NCBI GenBank assembly: GCA_040755455.1
Contig: JBFMAY010000044.1
Location: forward strand, 1 to 33,684
From: Thermodesulfobacteriota bacterium
GTDB lineage: Bacteria > Desulfobacterota > Desulfobulbia > Desulfobulbales > SURF-16
Direction of reading: 5' to 3'
DNA: 33,684 nt
The notes under the pieces were generated by a model, which was not told where the DNA came from, did not search any database, and worked only from the letters and a program-made list of their open reading frames with translations. The position numbers were made by a program, and so were the translations under genes. Position 1 is the stretch's first letter, and every line of letters starts with the position of its first letter. Below, one piece after another: positions 7,364 to 16,475 of this stretch.

Positions 7364-9435
7364 AAGGCCGCCAGCCGTTTGACAGTAACTGGGGCAAAGG
7401 AGGAGGATACGGGCGGGATGAGGAGAATAAGAAAAGGATTGTCAGACTGCAGCTTCTTGCCGGTCTTGCCGTCATGCTCATCGTGGCCGGAGTCTATTTC
7501 CTTTTTTTCCGCCAGAGTCCTCCCAGGGAAAGTAACGGAGCAAAAAACGAGACGGTCGAGGTAAAAGAGGATGCCCCCCTGGCCGAACCGCAGAAAAAGG
7601 CGGAAGTCAGGCGCAGAAATATTTATGACCGGTACCTCAATGAACTTGCCATCAGTTTTAAGGTTGACTCGATCTATGTCAAGCCCCTGGAGTTTGATAA
7701 CATTGAAAAAACGGTGGCGCAACTGGCCGATGCTCTGAGTCTTGATGAAAACGATGTGCTGAATGAACTGAAAACCCAGAGGAGCTACAAGTGGGTGGTG
7801 AAAAATGTTTCTCCTGAGAAGGCAGCCGCGGTGGCGGCGTTGAATCTTCCAGGAGTTTATTTTTACGAGCAGGAGCAGCGTTTTAATCCCAGCCGGGCGA
7901 ACATGGGGCAAATCATCGGCGAGGTGAAGGATGGGCACGGGTTGTCAGGGGTAGAACTCTTTTATGACAATCTGCTGCTCGGCAGTTCGTCACAAGAGGA
8001 TGCGGTAACAACGGGTGGCGGCGGGAAAAGCCTGGTCCTCACCCTGGACGCCAAAATGCAATTGCTGCTGGAGCAGGAAATGACGGCAATGCTGAATGAG
8101 ATACGGCTCGATGAGCCGGCAGCTGAGGAGATGACAGCCGTGAGCGCCATGCTGATGGACGCGAACCAGGGCGAGGTGCTGGCCTACGCCAAACTGCCGT
8201 TTTTTGCCGCGACAAAAATGGGGACGGCAAACAGCTTTGAAGGGGTAGACCGGATGATGGCGGGCCAGGTGGAGCCCGGGGCGCTGTCCCTGATTTTCAA
8301 GGCGGCGGCAAATTTTGACCAGGCCCAGCCGGTTGCCGCTGAAGGGCAGAGCGCTGAAGGCCAGACCCCGGTTGCAAATGTCAAATCCCTGACCCCGCGG
8401 ATGATGAAGAAAATACGGGAAGGCCCGGCAAAATCGCCATGGGTAGCGCTGCGGGACGGGTCATACGCCTGCGACTGGCTGGCCGCGGAGCTGGAGGATG
8501 AGCAAGCGGCGGCGGCAAACGGCGAGGTGGATTTTTCCGATTTTGGCAAAATCATGGACAGAGCCGGTCAGTGCCGGATTGACCTTCCGGGAGATAACGG
8601 CGGCAAGGAAACGGGGGTAGGGCTGCTGTGCGGTTATGCAGCATTAATTAACGGCGGCCAGGCGGTCACCCCGCATATTTTACAGGCCACTCTTGCCGAG
8701 ACAGGGAAGCAGGAGGAATGGCCATGGCCGCCGCAAGAGAACAAGGTCATCGGCCCAGATGCAAGCCGGGACCTTGTTCTTTTTTTACGTGGCAAGGCGC
8801 ACCCCGACGCCTCGGTGCTGGTCGGCGAAATTTTGCGGCCCCGGCGGGATATCGCCGTCCCGGAGGACAAGGTGGCGCCGCCGCCTGCCAAGGGGCCGGT
8901 GCCGGCCGGTGATGCCGCGGCGGCCCCGGAGCAGGAGGCGAAACCGCCCATCACGGTCATCCGGCATTGCGACGGACTGGCCCTGGCCTCAGTGCCGGCG
9001 GATAAACCTGAACTGGTGATGCTGATCGTGGTTGACGACGCGAGAATCGATCTGATGCAGCCATCATCCCTCAAACAGCATGCCGATGCTTTCCTGCAGG
9101 CGGCCCTCAAATGGCAGCATCAGAAGAAAGAGACCGGCAGGGCCACAGCTGAGTCGGCATCCAGGGAGGAAATATTCCAGCGCTGGATGCTGCGGAACAA
9201 ACAGCTGGGCTTTGAGGTGCTGGGGGGAAGAAAAGATGATGCCGACACCATGATCGATGTGCGGGGCATGAGTATCCGCAAGGCCCTGCAGGAGCTGCAA
9301 CGCTATGATGTCAAGGTGGTGATCGAGGGTTCGGGCGTTGTTAGAAGGCAGCACCCCGATGCTGGCAGTAAGTTGAAAGAGGGAACCCTGGTGATTTTGA
9401 AGGCTGAGGTGAAGAAGGCTGAGGTGAAACGGTAA
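7360..9435 (+). CDS. ftsI: FtsI/PBP3-like class B PBP with C-terminal PASTA domain; transpeptidase motifs degenerate (probable pseudoenzyme)
   Basis: TM anchor; pedestal motifs RRNIYDR, GLSGVELFYDNLL and GKSLVLTLDAKMQ; MDANQGEVLAYA. EPGALSL replaces EPGSTFK and VGEIL replaces AGKTG. PASTA: MIDVRGMSIRKA...GSGVVRRQHPDAG. Canonical dcw position. Confidence 0.82.
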   Translation: MKGRQPFDSNWGKGGGYGRDEENKKRIVRLQLLAGLAVMLIVAGVYFLFFRQSPPRESNGAKNETVEVKEDAPLAEPQKKAEVRRRNIYDRYLNELAISFKVDSIYVKPLEFDNIEKTVAQLADALSLDENDVLNELKTQRSYKWVVKNVSPEKAAAVAALNLPGVYFYEQEQRFNPSRANMGQIIGEVKDGHGLSGVELFYDNLLLGSSSQEDAVTTGGGGKSLVLTLDAKMQLLLEQEMTAMLNEIRLDEPAAEEMTAVSAMLMDANQGEVLAYAKLPFFAATKMGTANSFEGVDRMMAGQVEPGALSLIFKAAANFDQAQPVAAEGQSAEGQTPVANVKSLTPRMMKKIREGPAKSPWVALRDGSYACDWLAAELEDEQAAAANGEVDFSDFGKIMDRAGQCRIDLPGDNGGKETGVGLLCGYAALINGGQAVTPHILQATLAETGKQEEWPWPPQENKVIGPDASRDLVLFLRGKAHPDASVLVGEILRPRRDIAVPEDKVAPPPAKGPVPAGDAAAAPEQEAKPPITVIRHCDGLALASVPADKPELVMLIVVDDARIDLMQPSSLKQHADAFLQAALKWQHQKKETGRATAESASREEIFQRWMLRNKQLGFEVLGGRKDDADTMIDVRGMSIRKALQELQRYDVKVVIEGSGVVRRQHPDAGSKLKEGTLVILKAEVKKAEVKR
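9399..9428 (+). repeat. Perfect 15-bp tandem duplication GAAGGCTGAGGTGAA x2 at the 3' end of the ftsI-like gene
   Basis: Units at 9399-9413 and 9414-9428; encodes KAEVK-KAEVK and duplicates a GAGGTG SD-like motif upstream of murE. Confidence 0.85.
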
Positions 9436-9438
9436 TTC

Positions 9439-11034
9439 ATGGTGCGGGCGCGAAAGAAAAGACTGGGCGATCTGCTTGCCGCGGCAAAACTTGCCATCCA
9501 TTGTCCCGGGGATGCGCAGGATGTGGAGATCTGCGGGGTGATGGATGATTCCCGCAAGGTGTCGGCCGGCATGCTGTTTGTGGCGGTGGCGGGCAGCAGG
9601 GTGGACGGCCACCGCTTTATCGCTGACGCCGTGGCCAGGGGTTGCGCCGCGGTGCTGGCCTGCCATGACTTTGCCGGTACATGCCCGGTGCCGCTGCTGA
9701 AAATTGATGATACGACTCAGGCTTTAGGGTATCTTGCCGCGGCTTTTTACGATTTTCCCTGCCGCAGCATGAAGATGATCGGCATCACCGGCACCAACGG
9801 CAAGACCACCTGCACCTATCTGCTGGAGGCGCTGATTAACCAGGCAGGCGGCACCCCCGGCGTCATCGGTACGGTCAGCGTACGCTATAAAGGCTGTGAG
9901 ACACCTGCCGCTCTGACCACGCCGCAGGCGGTGGAACTGCAGCAGATTCTCTGTCAGATGGTGGAGGCGGGGGTCACCCATGTCGCCATGGAGGTTTCCT
10001 CCCACGCCCTGGCCCAGCATCGGGTAAACGGCGTGTGGTTTGATGTGGCGCTGTTTACCAATATCAGCCGGGATCACCTGGATTTTCATGGCAGCATGGC
10101 AGGCTACTTCGCCGAGAAGGAAAAACTCTTTGCCTCGTACCTGAAAGAGGATGGCCAGGGGGTCATCGTGCTGGGCAAAGGGGAAGGCGAAGAAGAGCCG
10201 GGCGAGGCATGGTGCGGCCGGCTGATTGATGTTCTCCGCCGGGGAAATCATGGCTGTTTGACCTGCGGCATCGGCCGGGGGCTGATCCAGGCCAGGGATT
10301 TCAGCTTTGATCTGCAGGGGGTCAGGGCGGATATCGTCACTCCGGCAGAGCGGTGCGCCCTGGCGAGCCCGCTGGTTGGTGAATTCAATCTCCGCAACCT
10401 GCTGGCGGTTATCGGCTGCGGCATGGCCCTCGGCTATGACCTGACGGCCATCTGCCAAGGGGTGGCCGGGGTGCGAGGCGTGCCGGGCCGGCTGGAGAGA
10501 GTGTTGCCCGATGGTGACCCGGCCAGGCAAGGCAGAGAGGTGGCAACGGTGTTTGTCGACTATGCCCATACTCCGGACGCCCTGGAAAATGTGCTGCTGA
10601 CTTTGCGCGCCTTGAGTCCGGTGCGGTTGATTGTCGTGTTCGGCTGCGGGGGAGACCGGGACAGGGGTAAGAGATCGCTGATGGGCGGAGTCGCGGCGCG
10701 CCTTGCCGATGTCCTGCTTGTCACCTCGGATAATCCCCGCAGCGAGCCGCCGCAGAAAATCATGGAAGAGATCGAGGCAGGCATCAGGGAAGAAAAATTG
10801 ATCAAGGTAAAGGGCGAGCAGCTCATGCAATCCCGGCAGCTGCAGGGTTATGACGTTATCGAGGAAAGGGCTGAGGCAATCCGGATCGCCATCTGCGGCG
10901 CGGGGGCCGGGGATGTGGTGCTGATCAGCGGCAAGGGGCATGAGTGCTATCAGATCATCGGCAGCCGGAAGCTGTTTTTTGACGACCGCCAGCAGGCCCG
11001 AGAGCAGCTTAACATTGCCAGACAGGCAGCATAG
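9439..11034 (+). CDS. murE: UDP-MurNAc-L-Ala-D-Glu--meso-DAP ligase
   Basis: GITGTNGKTT, MEVSSHAL, TNISRDHLDFH, VDYAHTPDAL, VFGCGGDRD, DNPR (mDAP specificity), GKGHE. Confidence 0.97.
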   Translation: MVRARKKRLGDLLAAAKLAIHCPGDAQDVEICGVMDDSRKVSAGMLFVAVAGSRVDGHRFIADAVARGCAAVLACHDFAGTCPVPLLKIDDTTQALGYLAAAFYDFPCRSMKMIGITGTNGKTTCTYLLEALINQAGGTPGVIGTVSVRYKGCETPAALTTPQAVELQQILCQMVEAGVTHVAMEVSSHALAQHRVNGVWFDVALFTNISRDHLDFHGSMAGYFAEKEKLFASYLKEDGQGVIVLGKGEGEEEPGEAWCGRLIDVLRRGNHGCLTCGIGRGLIQARDFSFDLQGVRADIVTPAERCALASPLVGEFNLRNLLAVIGCGMALGYDLTAICQGVAGVRGVPGRLERVLPDGDPARQGREVATVFVDYAHTPDALENVLLTLRALSPVRLIVVFGCGGDRDRGKRSLMGGVAARLADVLLVTSDNPRSEPPQKIMEEIEAGIREEKLIKVKGEQLMQSRQLQGYDVIEERAEAIRIAICGAGAGDVVLISGKGHECYQIIGSRKLFFDDRQQAREQLNIARQAA

Positions 11035-11052
11035 GGGAAAAGGAGAAAAGGT

Positions 11053-12543
11053 ATGGACCTGGTACGGAACATGGAAAAAGAGTTCTGCCGACTTGCCGCC
11101 GGGCCGGCGAAGCCTGATTTCGGCTATGGTTTCAATACGGTGCAGGATCCTGTCTGGACCTTGAGCCAGGTGCTGCTGGCCACAGGCGGGCGTTTTGTCG
11201 CCGGGTCGCCGGAGGCCAATTTCCGCGCCATCTCAACGGATACGCGGACCCTGCAGCCAGGGGATCTCTTTGTCGCCCTGTCCGGCGAGCATTTTGACGG
11301 ACAGCAGTTTGTCAAGGAGGCGGTCAGCAAGGGGGCTGCCGGCGTCATCGTCGCCAGCATGGTGGAAGAAAAGCTGCCCGTGCCGGTTATTCTGGTCGCC
11401 GACCCGCTGGAGGCCCTTGGCGATCTTGCCGCCTACCGTCGGGCCTCCATGCCCAACCTGCAGGTTATCGCCATTACCGGCAGCTCCGGCAAGACAACGG
11501 TCAAGGAGATGTGCGCCGCCATTCTGAAAGAGGAATACAATGTCCTGAAAACGGAAGGCAACCTCAATAACCTGATTGGTTTGCCCTTGACCCTGCTGCG
11601 GGTGGATGCCCGCCATGATGTGGCGGTGCTGGAAATGGGCATGAACCGGCCCGGCGAAATCGCCCGGATGACTGAGATCGCCGATCCCGACATCGCCTGC
11701 ATCGTCAATATCCAGGGCGCCCATCTGGCCGGGCTTCATTCCATCGAGGGCGTGGCCAGGGCCAAAGGCGAGCTGTTCCGGGACGGCAAGTCCTGGGCCA
11801 AATTCTGTGTCAATATCGATGACACGCGGGTGAGGGCCCTTGCCCGCAACTGCGGCCAGGAACAGATTACTTTCGGCCGGGGCCGCCAGGCCTACGTGCG
11901 GGCAACCCATGTGCGCAACCTGGGCGAGGAAGGGATGCTTTTCACCCTGCACGTGGGCAGCGCCAAGGTGCGCATGCGCATCCGCAGCCTCGGCGAGCAC
12001 AACGTCGGCAATTCCCTGGCCGCCGCCGCCATGGCGCACGCGGCAGGCGTCAAGCTGGAACAGATCGCCAGCGGGCTGATGAACTTTACCCCGTATGATA
12101 AAAGGCTGCAGGTAGAAACCATCGGCGGGCTGAAGATCATCAATGACTGCTATAACGCCAACCCGGCATCCATGCTGGCGGCCCTTGAGACGGTGCGGGC
12201 CATGAAGAAAAATAAAAAGAGCGTGGCCATACTGGGCGACATGCTCGAACTGGGCGAGACCAGCGAAGCGGCCCATCGCCGGCTGGGTGAAACAGCGGCC
12301 TGCAAGGGGTTTGACTATCTTTTTGCCCATGGCCAGTTTGCCAGAAGGGTCGTGGAAGGGGCGCTCGATGCCCGCATGACGATGAAACAGGCAAAACAGA
12401 TGGAGTCCAAGGATGATATCGTCGAGGCCATTGTCAAACTGATCGCCATGGGTGAGCTGCAAAGTGGAGATCTGGTGCTGGTCAAGGGTTCACGCGGCAT
12501 GCGCATGGAAACAATTATCGAGCAGTTCAAGAACAGGCTGTAG
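11053..12543 (+). CDS. murF: UDP-MurNAc-tripeptide--D-Ala-D-Ala ligase
   Basis: AITGSSGKTTVKEM, GNLNNLIGLPLTL, LEMGMN, INDCYNANPASM, LGDMLELG, LVKGSRGMRME; AAGGAG RBS. Confidence 0.97.
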   Translation: MDLVRNMEKEFCRLAAGPAKPDFGYGFNTVQDPVWTLSQVLLATGGRFVAGSPEANFRAISTDTRTLQPGDLFVALSGEHFDGQQFVKEAVSKGAAGVIVASMVEEKLPVPVILVADPLEALGDLAAYRRASMPNLQVIAITGSSGKTTVKEMCAAILKEEYNVLKTEGNLNNLIGLPLTLLRVDARHDVAVLEMGMNRPGEIARMTEIADPDIACIVNIQGAHLAGLHSIEGVARAKGELFRDGKSWAKFCVNIDDTRVRALARNCGQEQITFGRGRQAYVRATHVRNLGEEGMLFTLHVGSAKVRMRIRSLGEHNVGNSLAAAAMAHAAGVKLEQIASGLMNFTPYDKRLQVETIGGLKIINDCYNANPASMLAALETVRAMKKNKKSVAILGDMLELGETSEAAHRRLGETAACKGFDYLFAHGQFARRVVEGALDARMTMKQAKQMESKDDIVEAIVKLIAMGELQSGDLVLVKGSRGMRMETIIEQFKNRL

Positions 12544-12546
12544 GCA

Positions 12547-13626
12547 ATGCTTTATCATTTTCTCTATCCACTGCATAACCTGTTCAGCGGGTTCAATGTC
12601 TTCCGCTACATCACCTTCAGATGTATCGGGGCCATCGTCACCGGTTTTCTGATCGCGTTGCTGTTAGGGCCCCATTTCATCAGGCTGGTGCAGCGCATGC
12701 AGGTTGGGCAGGTGGTGCGGGACGATGGGCCGGAGAGCCACTTCAGTAAAAGGGGCGTGCCGACCATGGGGGGGGTGCTGATCATAGCCGCGGTGACTAT
12801 CTCCACTCTGCTGTGGGTTGATCTGACCAACAAATTCGTCTGGATGATCCTGGCCATCACCCTCTGGTACGGGGCGATCGGCAGTATTGACGACTGGCGC
12901 AAAATCAAGAAGAAAAATTCCAAGGGGTTGAGCGCCAGGGCAAAAATGGTGCTGCAGATTGCCGGCGTGGTTGCGGTCGGCGCTTTTTTACTGAATCAGC
13001 CGGGTTTTGATACCTCGCTGAGTTTTCCGTTTTTAAAGAACGTGAAACCTGACCTGGGAGTTTTTTATATCGTTTTCATGGTGCTGGTGGTGGCCGGATC
13101 CTCCAATGCTGTCAACCTGACGGACGGGCTGGATGGGCTGGCCATCGGCCCCACCGTGGTGACCAGCGGCGTTTACCTGCTGTTCTCCTATCTGGCAGGG
13201 CATGCCGGGCTTGCCGCCTATCTTCAGATCCCCTTTGTCCCCGGCGCGGGCGAGGTGACGGTGTTCTGCGGGGCCCTGGCCGGGGCGAGTCTGGGATTTC
13301 TCTGGTTCAACGCCTACCCAGCCGAGGTGTTCATGGGAGATGTGGGGTCGCTGGCCATCGGCGGGGCCCTGGGGGTGGTGGCGGTTATCATCAAGCAGGA
13401 GATTCTGCTGGTGTTGGTCGGCGGAATTTTTGTCATGGAGGCCATTTCCGTGATTCTGCAGGTTGGTTATTTCAAGATTTCCGGGGGCAAGCGGATTTTC
13501 CTCATGGCCCCCTTTCATCATCATTTTGAAAAAAAAGGCTGGGTGGAGCCGAAGGTGGTTGTCCGCTTCTGGATCGTGTCAATCATCCTCGGCCTGATGG
13601 CGCTGGCCACCTTGAAACTGCGGTGA
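12547..13626 (+). CDS. mraY: Phospho-N-acetylmuramoyl-pentapeptide transferase
   Basis: [38 protein letters not shown]; multiple TM helices. Confidence 0.98.
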   Translation: MLYHFLYPLHNLFSGFNVFRYITFRCIGAIVTGFLIALLLGPHFIRLVQRMQVGQVVRDDGPESHFSKRGVPTMGGVLIIAAVTISTLLWVDLTNKFVWMILAITLWYGAIGSIDDWRKIKKKNSKGLSARAKMVLQIAGVVAVGAFLLNQPGFDTSLSFPFLKNVKPDLGVFYIVFMVLVVAGSSNAVNLTDGLDGLAIGPTVVTSGVYLLFSYLAGHAGLAAYLQIPFVPGAGEVTVFCGALAGASLGFLWFNAYPAEVFMGDVGSLAIGGALGVVAVIIKQEILLVLVGGIFVMEAISVILQVGYFKISGGKRIFLMAPFHHHFEKKGWVEPKVVVRFWIVSIILGLMALATLKLR

Positions 13627-13633
13627 GCACGGC

Positions 13634-15019
13634 ATGGCTGGCTTAAAGGCATTCATAGCCTCTCCAGGTTCCTACAAGACCCTTGTTGTCGGGTCCGGCA
13701 AATCGGGATTTGCCGCGCTGAAGTTTCTGCACCAGCTGGGCTGCCGGGTGGCGCTCAGCGAAAAGGCGGAAGAGTCGGTGCTTGACGGCAGGCTGCTGGA
13801 GTGGCTTAAGGAAAGGGAGGTCTACTTTGAGACGGGGGGACATCGTAGGGAAACATTCCTCGATGCCGATCTCATTGTAGTCAGCCCGGGTGTGCCGCTG
13901 GAAATTGAGGAACTGGCGGCGGCCCGGCAGGCGGGTATCGAGATAGTGGGTGAGCTTGGGCTTGGTGCTGCTTATCTTCAGATACCAATTGTTGCAGTGA
14001 CCGGTACGAACGGCAAAACCACGGTGACAAAACTGATTGGTGAATTGCTGCAAGAAGCTGGGAGAAAGGTGTTTGTCGGAGGCAACATTGGTACGCCGCT
14101 GATTGACTATCTGCTGGGGGAGCAGGATGCGGAGATAGCGGTTCTGGAGGTAAGCAGCTACCAGCTTGATACGGCGGGAGAATTCCGGCCGGACGTGGCG
14201 GTGCTGCTCAACATCAGTCCGGACCATCTTGACCGGTACGCATCATACGATGACTATGCGGGGGCCAAGATGAAAATTTTTGCCTGCCAGCAGCCTGACG
14301 ACCTGGCCATCGTCAACGCCGACGATGAGGAGATTCTGGGCCGGCTGGCGGCCAGTCCGCTTACGGCGAAAACGCTGTTGTTCGGCCGGGCGCTTGCCGG
14401 CCGGCCAGGCGCGGTGGCTGAGGAAGGGCGAATTGTCCTGCAAGGGATGTTTTCCCACGAGGAAAAATATGGCCTGCCGGAAGAACTGAGCAGGTCTCCG
14501 AACCGGGAAAATGCCATGGCCGCGGTGCTGGCTGCCAGGGTAATGGCCTGTCCGGCCGAGGCGATCAACAGGGGGCTGGCAGCGTTTCATCGCCCTGCCC
14601 ACCGGCTTTTCCGGGTGACTGAAATCAACGGGGTGAGCTATTTTGACGATTCCAAGGCCACCAACGTCGGGGCGGTGCGTTCCGCCCTCGAAGGGATGAC
14701 CCAGCCGGTGATTCTCATTGCCGGCGGCCGCGACAAGGGCGGCGATTACCTCTATATGGAGGAAAGCGTGCGGGCCAGGGTGAAGAAGATGGTGCTCATC
14801 GGCGAGGCCAGGGAAAAAATGGCCAGGGTCTTTGCGTCAATAACCAGCATCGAGATGGCGGACAGTCTGGAGGAGGCGGTGTTCAAGGCGGCCCGGTGCG
14901 CGGAGCGGGGTGATGCGGTGCTTCTGTCTCCAGCCTGCGCCAGTTTTGATATGTTTAAGAGCTATGCCGACCGCGGGGAAAGGTTTCAAAGGGCGGTGTG
15001 GAGTCTGACCAATAAATAA
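13634..15019 (+). CDS. murD: UDP-MurNAc-L-Ala--D-glutamate ligase
   Basis: VVSPGVP, AVTGTNGKTTVT, GGNIG, LEVSSYQL, NISPDHLDRY, DDSKATN, LLSPACASFDMF. Confidence 0.97.
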   Translation: MAGLKAFIASPGSYKTLVVGSGKSGFAALKFLHQLGCRVALSEKAEESVLDGRLLEWLKEREVYFETGGHRRETFLDADLIVVSPGVPLEIEELAAARQAGIEIVGELGLGAAYLQIPIVAVTGTNGKTTVTKLIGELLQEAGRKVFVGGNIGTPLIDYLLGEQDAEIAVLEVSSYQLDTAGEFRPDVAVLLNISPDHLDRYASYDDYAGAKMKIFACQQPDDLAIVNADDEEILGRLAASPLTAKTLLFGRALAGRPGAVAEEGRIVLQGMFSHEEKYGLPEELSRSPNRENAMAAVLAARVMACPAEAINRGLAAFHRPAHRLFRVTEINGVSYFDDSKATNVGAVRSALEGMTQPVILIAGGRDKGGDYLYMEESVRARVKKMVLIGEAREKMARVFASITSIEMADSLEEAVFKAARCAERGDAVLLSPACASFDMFKSYADRGERFQRAVWSLTNK

Positions 15020-15112
15020 AGACAAAGGGCAAACAGGCACGCCGTTGAACCATCCGCGGCGGATGCGGAACTGAAAGCTGAACCAGAAAACGTTAAATGA
15101 CTAACAGAGAAA

Positions 15113-15304
15113 ATGAAAATGGAAAAAGTATGTTGCCGCTGCAAGAGAAACGAGCGGGCAGGAAGGTGGGTTCCCCTGAAGGACGAGGACGGAAGTACTT
15201 TTTCATACGGCTTTTGTCCGAACTGCTACCAGGAAACCCTGGCTGAGATAAAAATGGCGTCGTCAAAGTACAGGTGCCGGAAGGCATCTGAAATGGCGGT
15301 ATAA
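15113..15304 (+). CDS. Small putative Zn-binding protein (CCRC...FSYGFCPNC) in the usual ftsW position
   Basis: 63-aa ORF filling the murD-murG gap. The CxxC...S[HY]GxCPxC pattern resembles the Cys motif often found at the C-terminus of deltaproteobacterial signalling proteins. Confidence 0.65.
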   Translation: MKMEKVCCRCKRNERAGRWVPLKDEDGSTFSYGFCPNCYQETLAEIKMASSKYRCRKASEMAV

Positions 15305-15317
15305 TCCGTCAGCATCT

Positions 15318-16412
15318 ATGGGAAACAAGGAAGTCAGGATGATTGTCAGCGGAGGCGGCACGGGCGGGCATCTTTTTCCCGGCATTGCCGTGGCCGAGGC
15401 GGTCCTGGACCGCTACCCGGGCAGTCAGGTGCTTTTTGTCGGCACCGGGCGGCAGACCGATGAACGGGTGCTGGCCAACAGAAAATTCCAGACCACGACC
15501 ATCAGCTGCCAGGGGCTCAAGGGGAAAAGCGTGCTGCAGCGCCTGGCTGCCCTGCTGCAGCTGCCCCTGTCCACCCTTGCCGCCATAAGGCTGATGAAAA
15601 GGTTCAGGCCGCAGCTGGTCCTCGGGGTGGGCGGCTATGTCACCGGACCGGTGCTCGTTGCGGCAAAAATGATGGGTGTCGCCAGCTGCATCCATGAGCA
15701 GAATTCAGTGCCGGGCATGGCCAACCGGAAACTGGGCAAGTTTGTTGACCGGATATTTCTCTCCATTCCTGGCAGTGAGCGCTATTTTGCCCCGGGAAAA
15801 TGGGTGCTGACCGGCAATCCCCTGCGTCGGGAACTGATGGCGGCGGCGGCAAAGAAAAGAGAAAGAAAGGAAGGCCTGACCCTGCTCGTGCTCGGCGGCA
15901 GTCAAGGGGCGCACCGGGTGAACACCCTGGTTGCCGGGGCCATGGCAAGAGTTAAAAATTCGTCACAACAGCTGCAGGTCATCCACCAGACCGGCCGGGA
16001 TGATGAACAGCTGGTGGCCGGCAGGTATAACGAGCTGGGCATACAGGCCGAAGTGGCGGCATTTTTTACCAATATGGCAGAGCTCTACAGCCGGGCCGAC
16101 CTGGTGGTTTCCAGGGCGGGCGCCACCACCCTGGCGGAGACGACGGCCTTTGGCCTGCCCATGATTTTGATCCCGTATCCCTTTGCCGCCGATGACCATC
16201 AGCGCAAAAACGGGGAATATCTGGTGCGCGGCGGGGCGGCGATGATGTACACCCAGGAGGAGCTGACGGAACAAAAGCTTGCCGGGGAAATCAGCGCTCT
16301 GCTGGCGGATGAACAGCGGCGCGCGCAGATGGGGCAGGCCGCAAGGCGGCTGGCCAGGCCCGAGGCCACCGAGGCGATTGTGGATCAGTGCGAGCAGCTG
16401 ATGTTTGCCTGA
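15318..16412 (+). CDS. murG: Lipid I N-acetylglucosaminyltransferase
   Basis: GGGTGGHLFPG, GGYVTGP, HEQNSVPGMANR, GNPLR, GGSQGA, SRAGATT, HQRKN. Confidence 0.98.
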   Translation: MGNKEVRMIVSGGGTGGHLFPGIAVAEAVLDRYPGSQVLFVGTGRQTDERVLANRKFQTTTISCQGLKGKSVLQRLAALLQLPLSTLAAIRLMKRFRPQLVLGVGGYVTGPVLVAAKMMGVASCIHEQNSVPGMANRKLGKFVDRIFLSIPGSERYFAPGKWVLTGNPLRRELMAAAAKKRERKEGLTLLVLGGSQGAHRVNTLVAGAMARVKNSSQQLQVIHQTGRDDEQLVAGRYNELGIQAEVAAFFTNMAELYSRADLVVSRAGATTLAETTAFGLPMILIPYPFAADDHQRKNGEYLVRGGAAMMYTQEELTEQKLAGEISALLADEQRRAQMGQAARRLARPEATEAIVDQCEQLMFA

Positions 16413-16475
16413 AAGGCGTTGATGAACAGGTGCTGACCCGGTAAGGTATTCGGCAATAAACAGAAAGAGACAGCA

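Noticed and set aside
15024..15085. GGGCAAAC motif suggesting a c-di-GMP-I riboswitch, and GGCAC..TTG suggesting a sigma54 promoter
   Set aside because: No GAAA-loop P2 stem or GACGCAAAGC junction; the -24/-12 spacing is one base short and lacks the GC.
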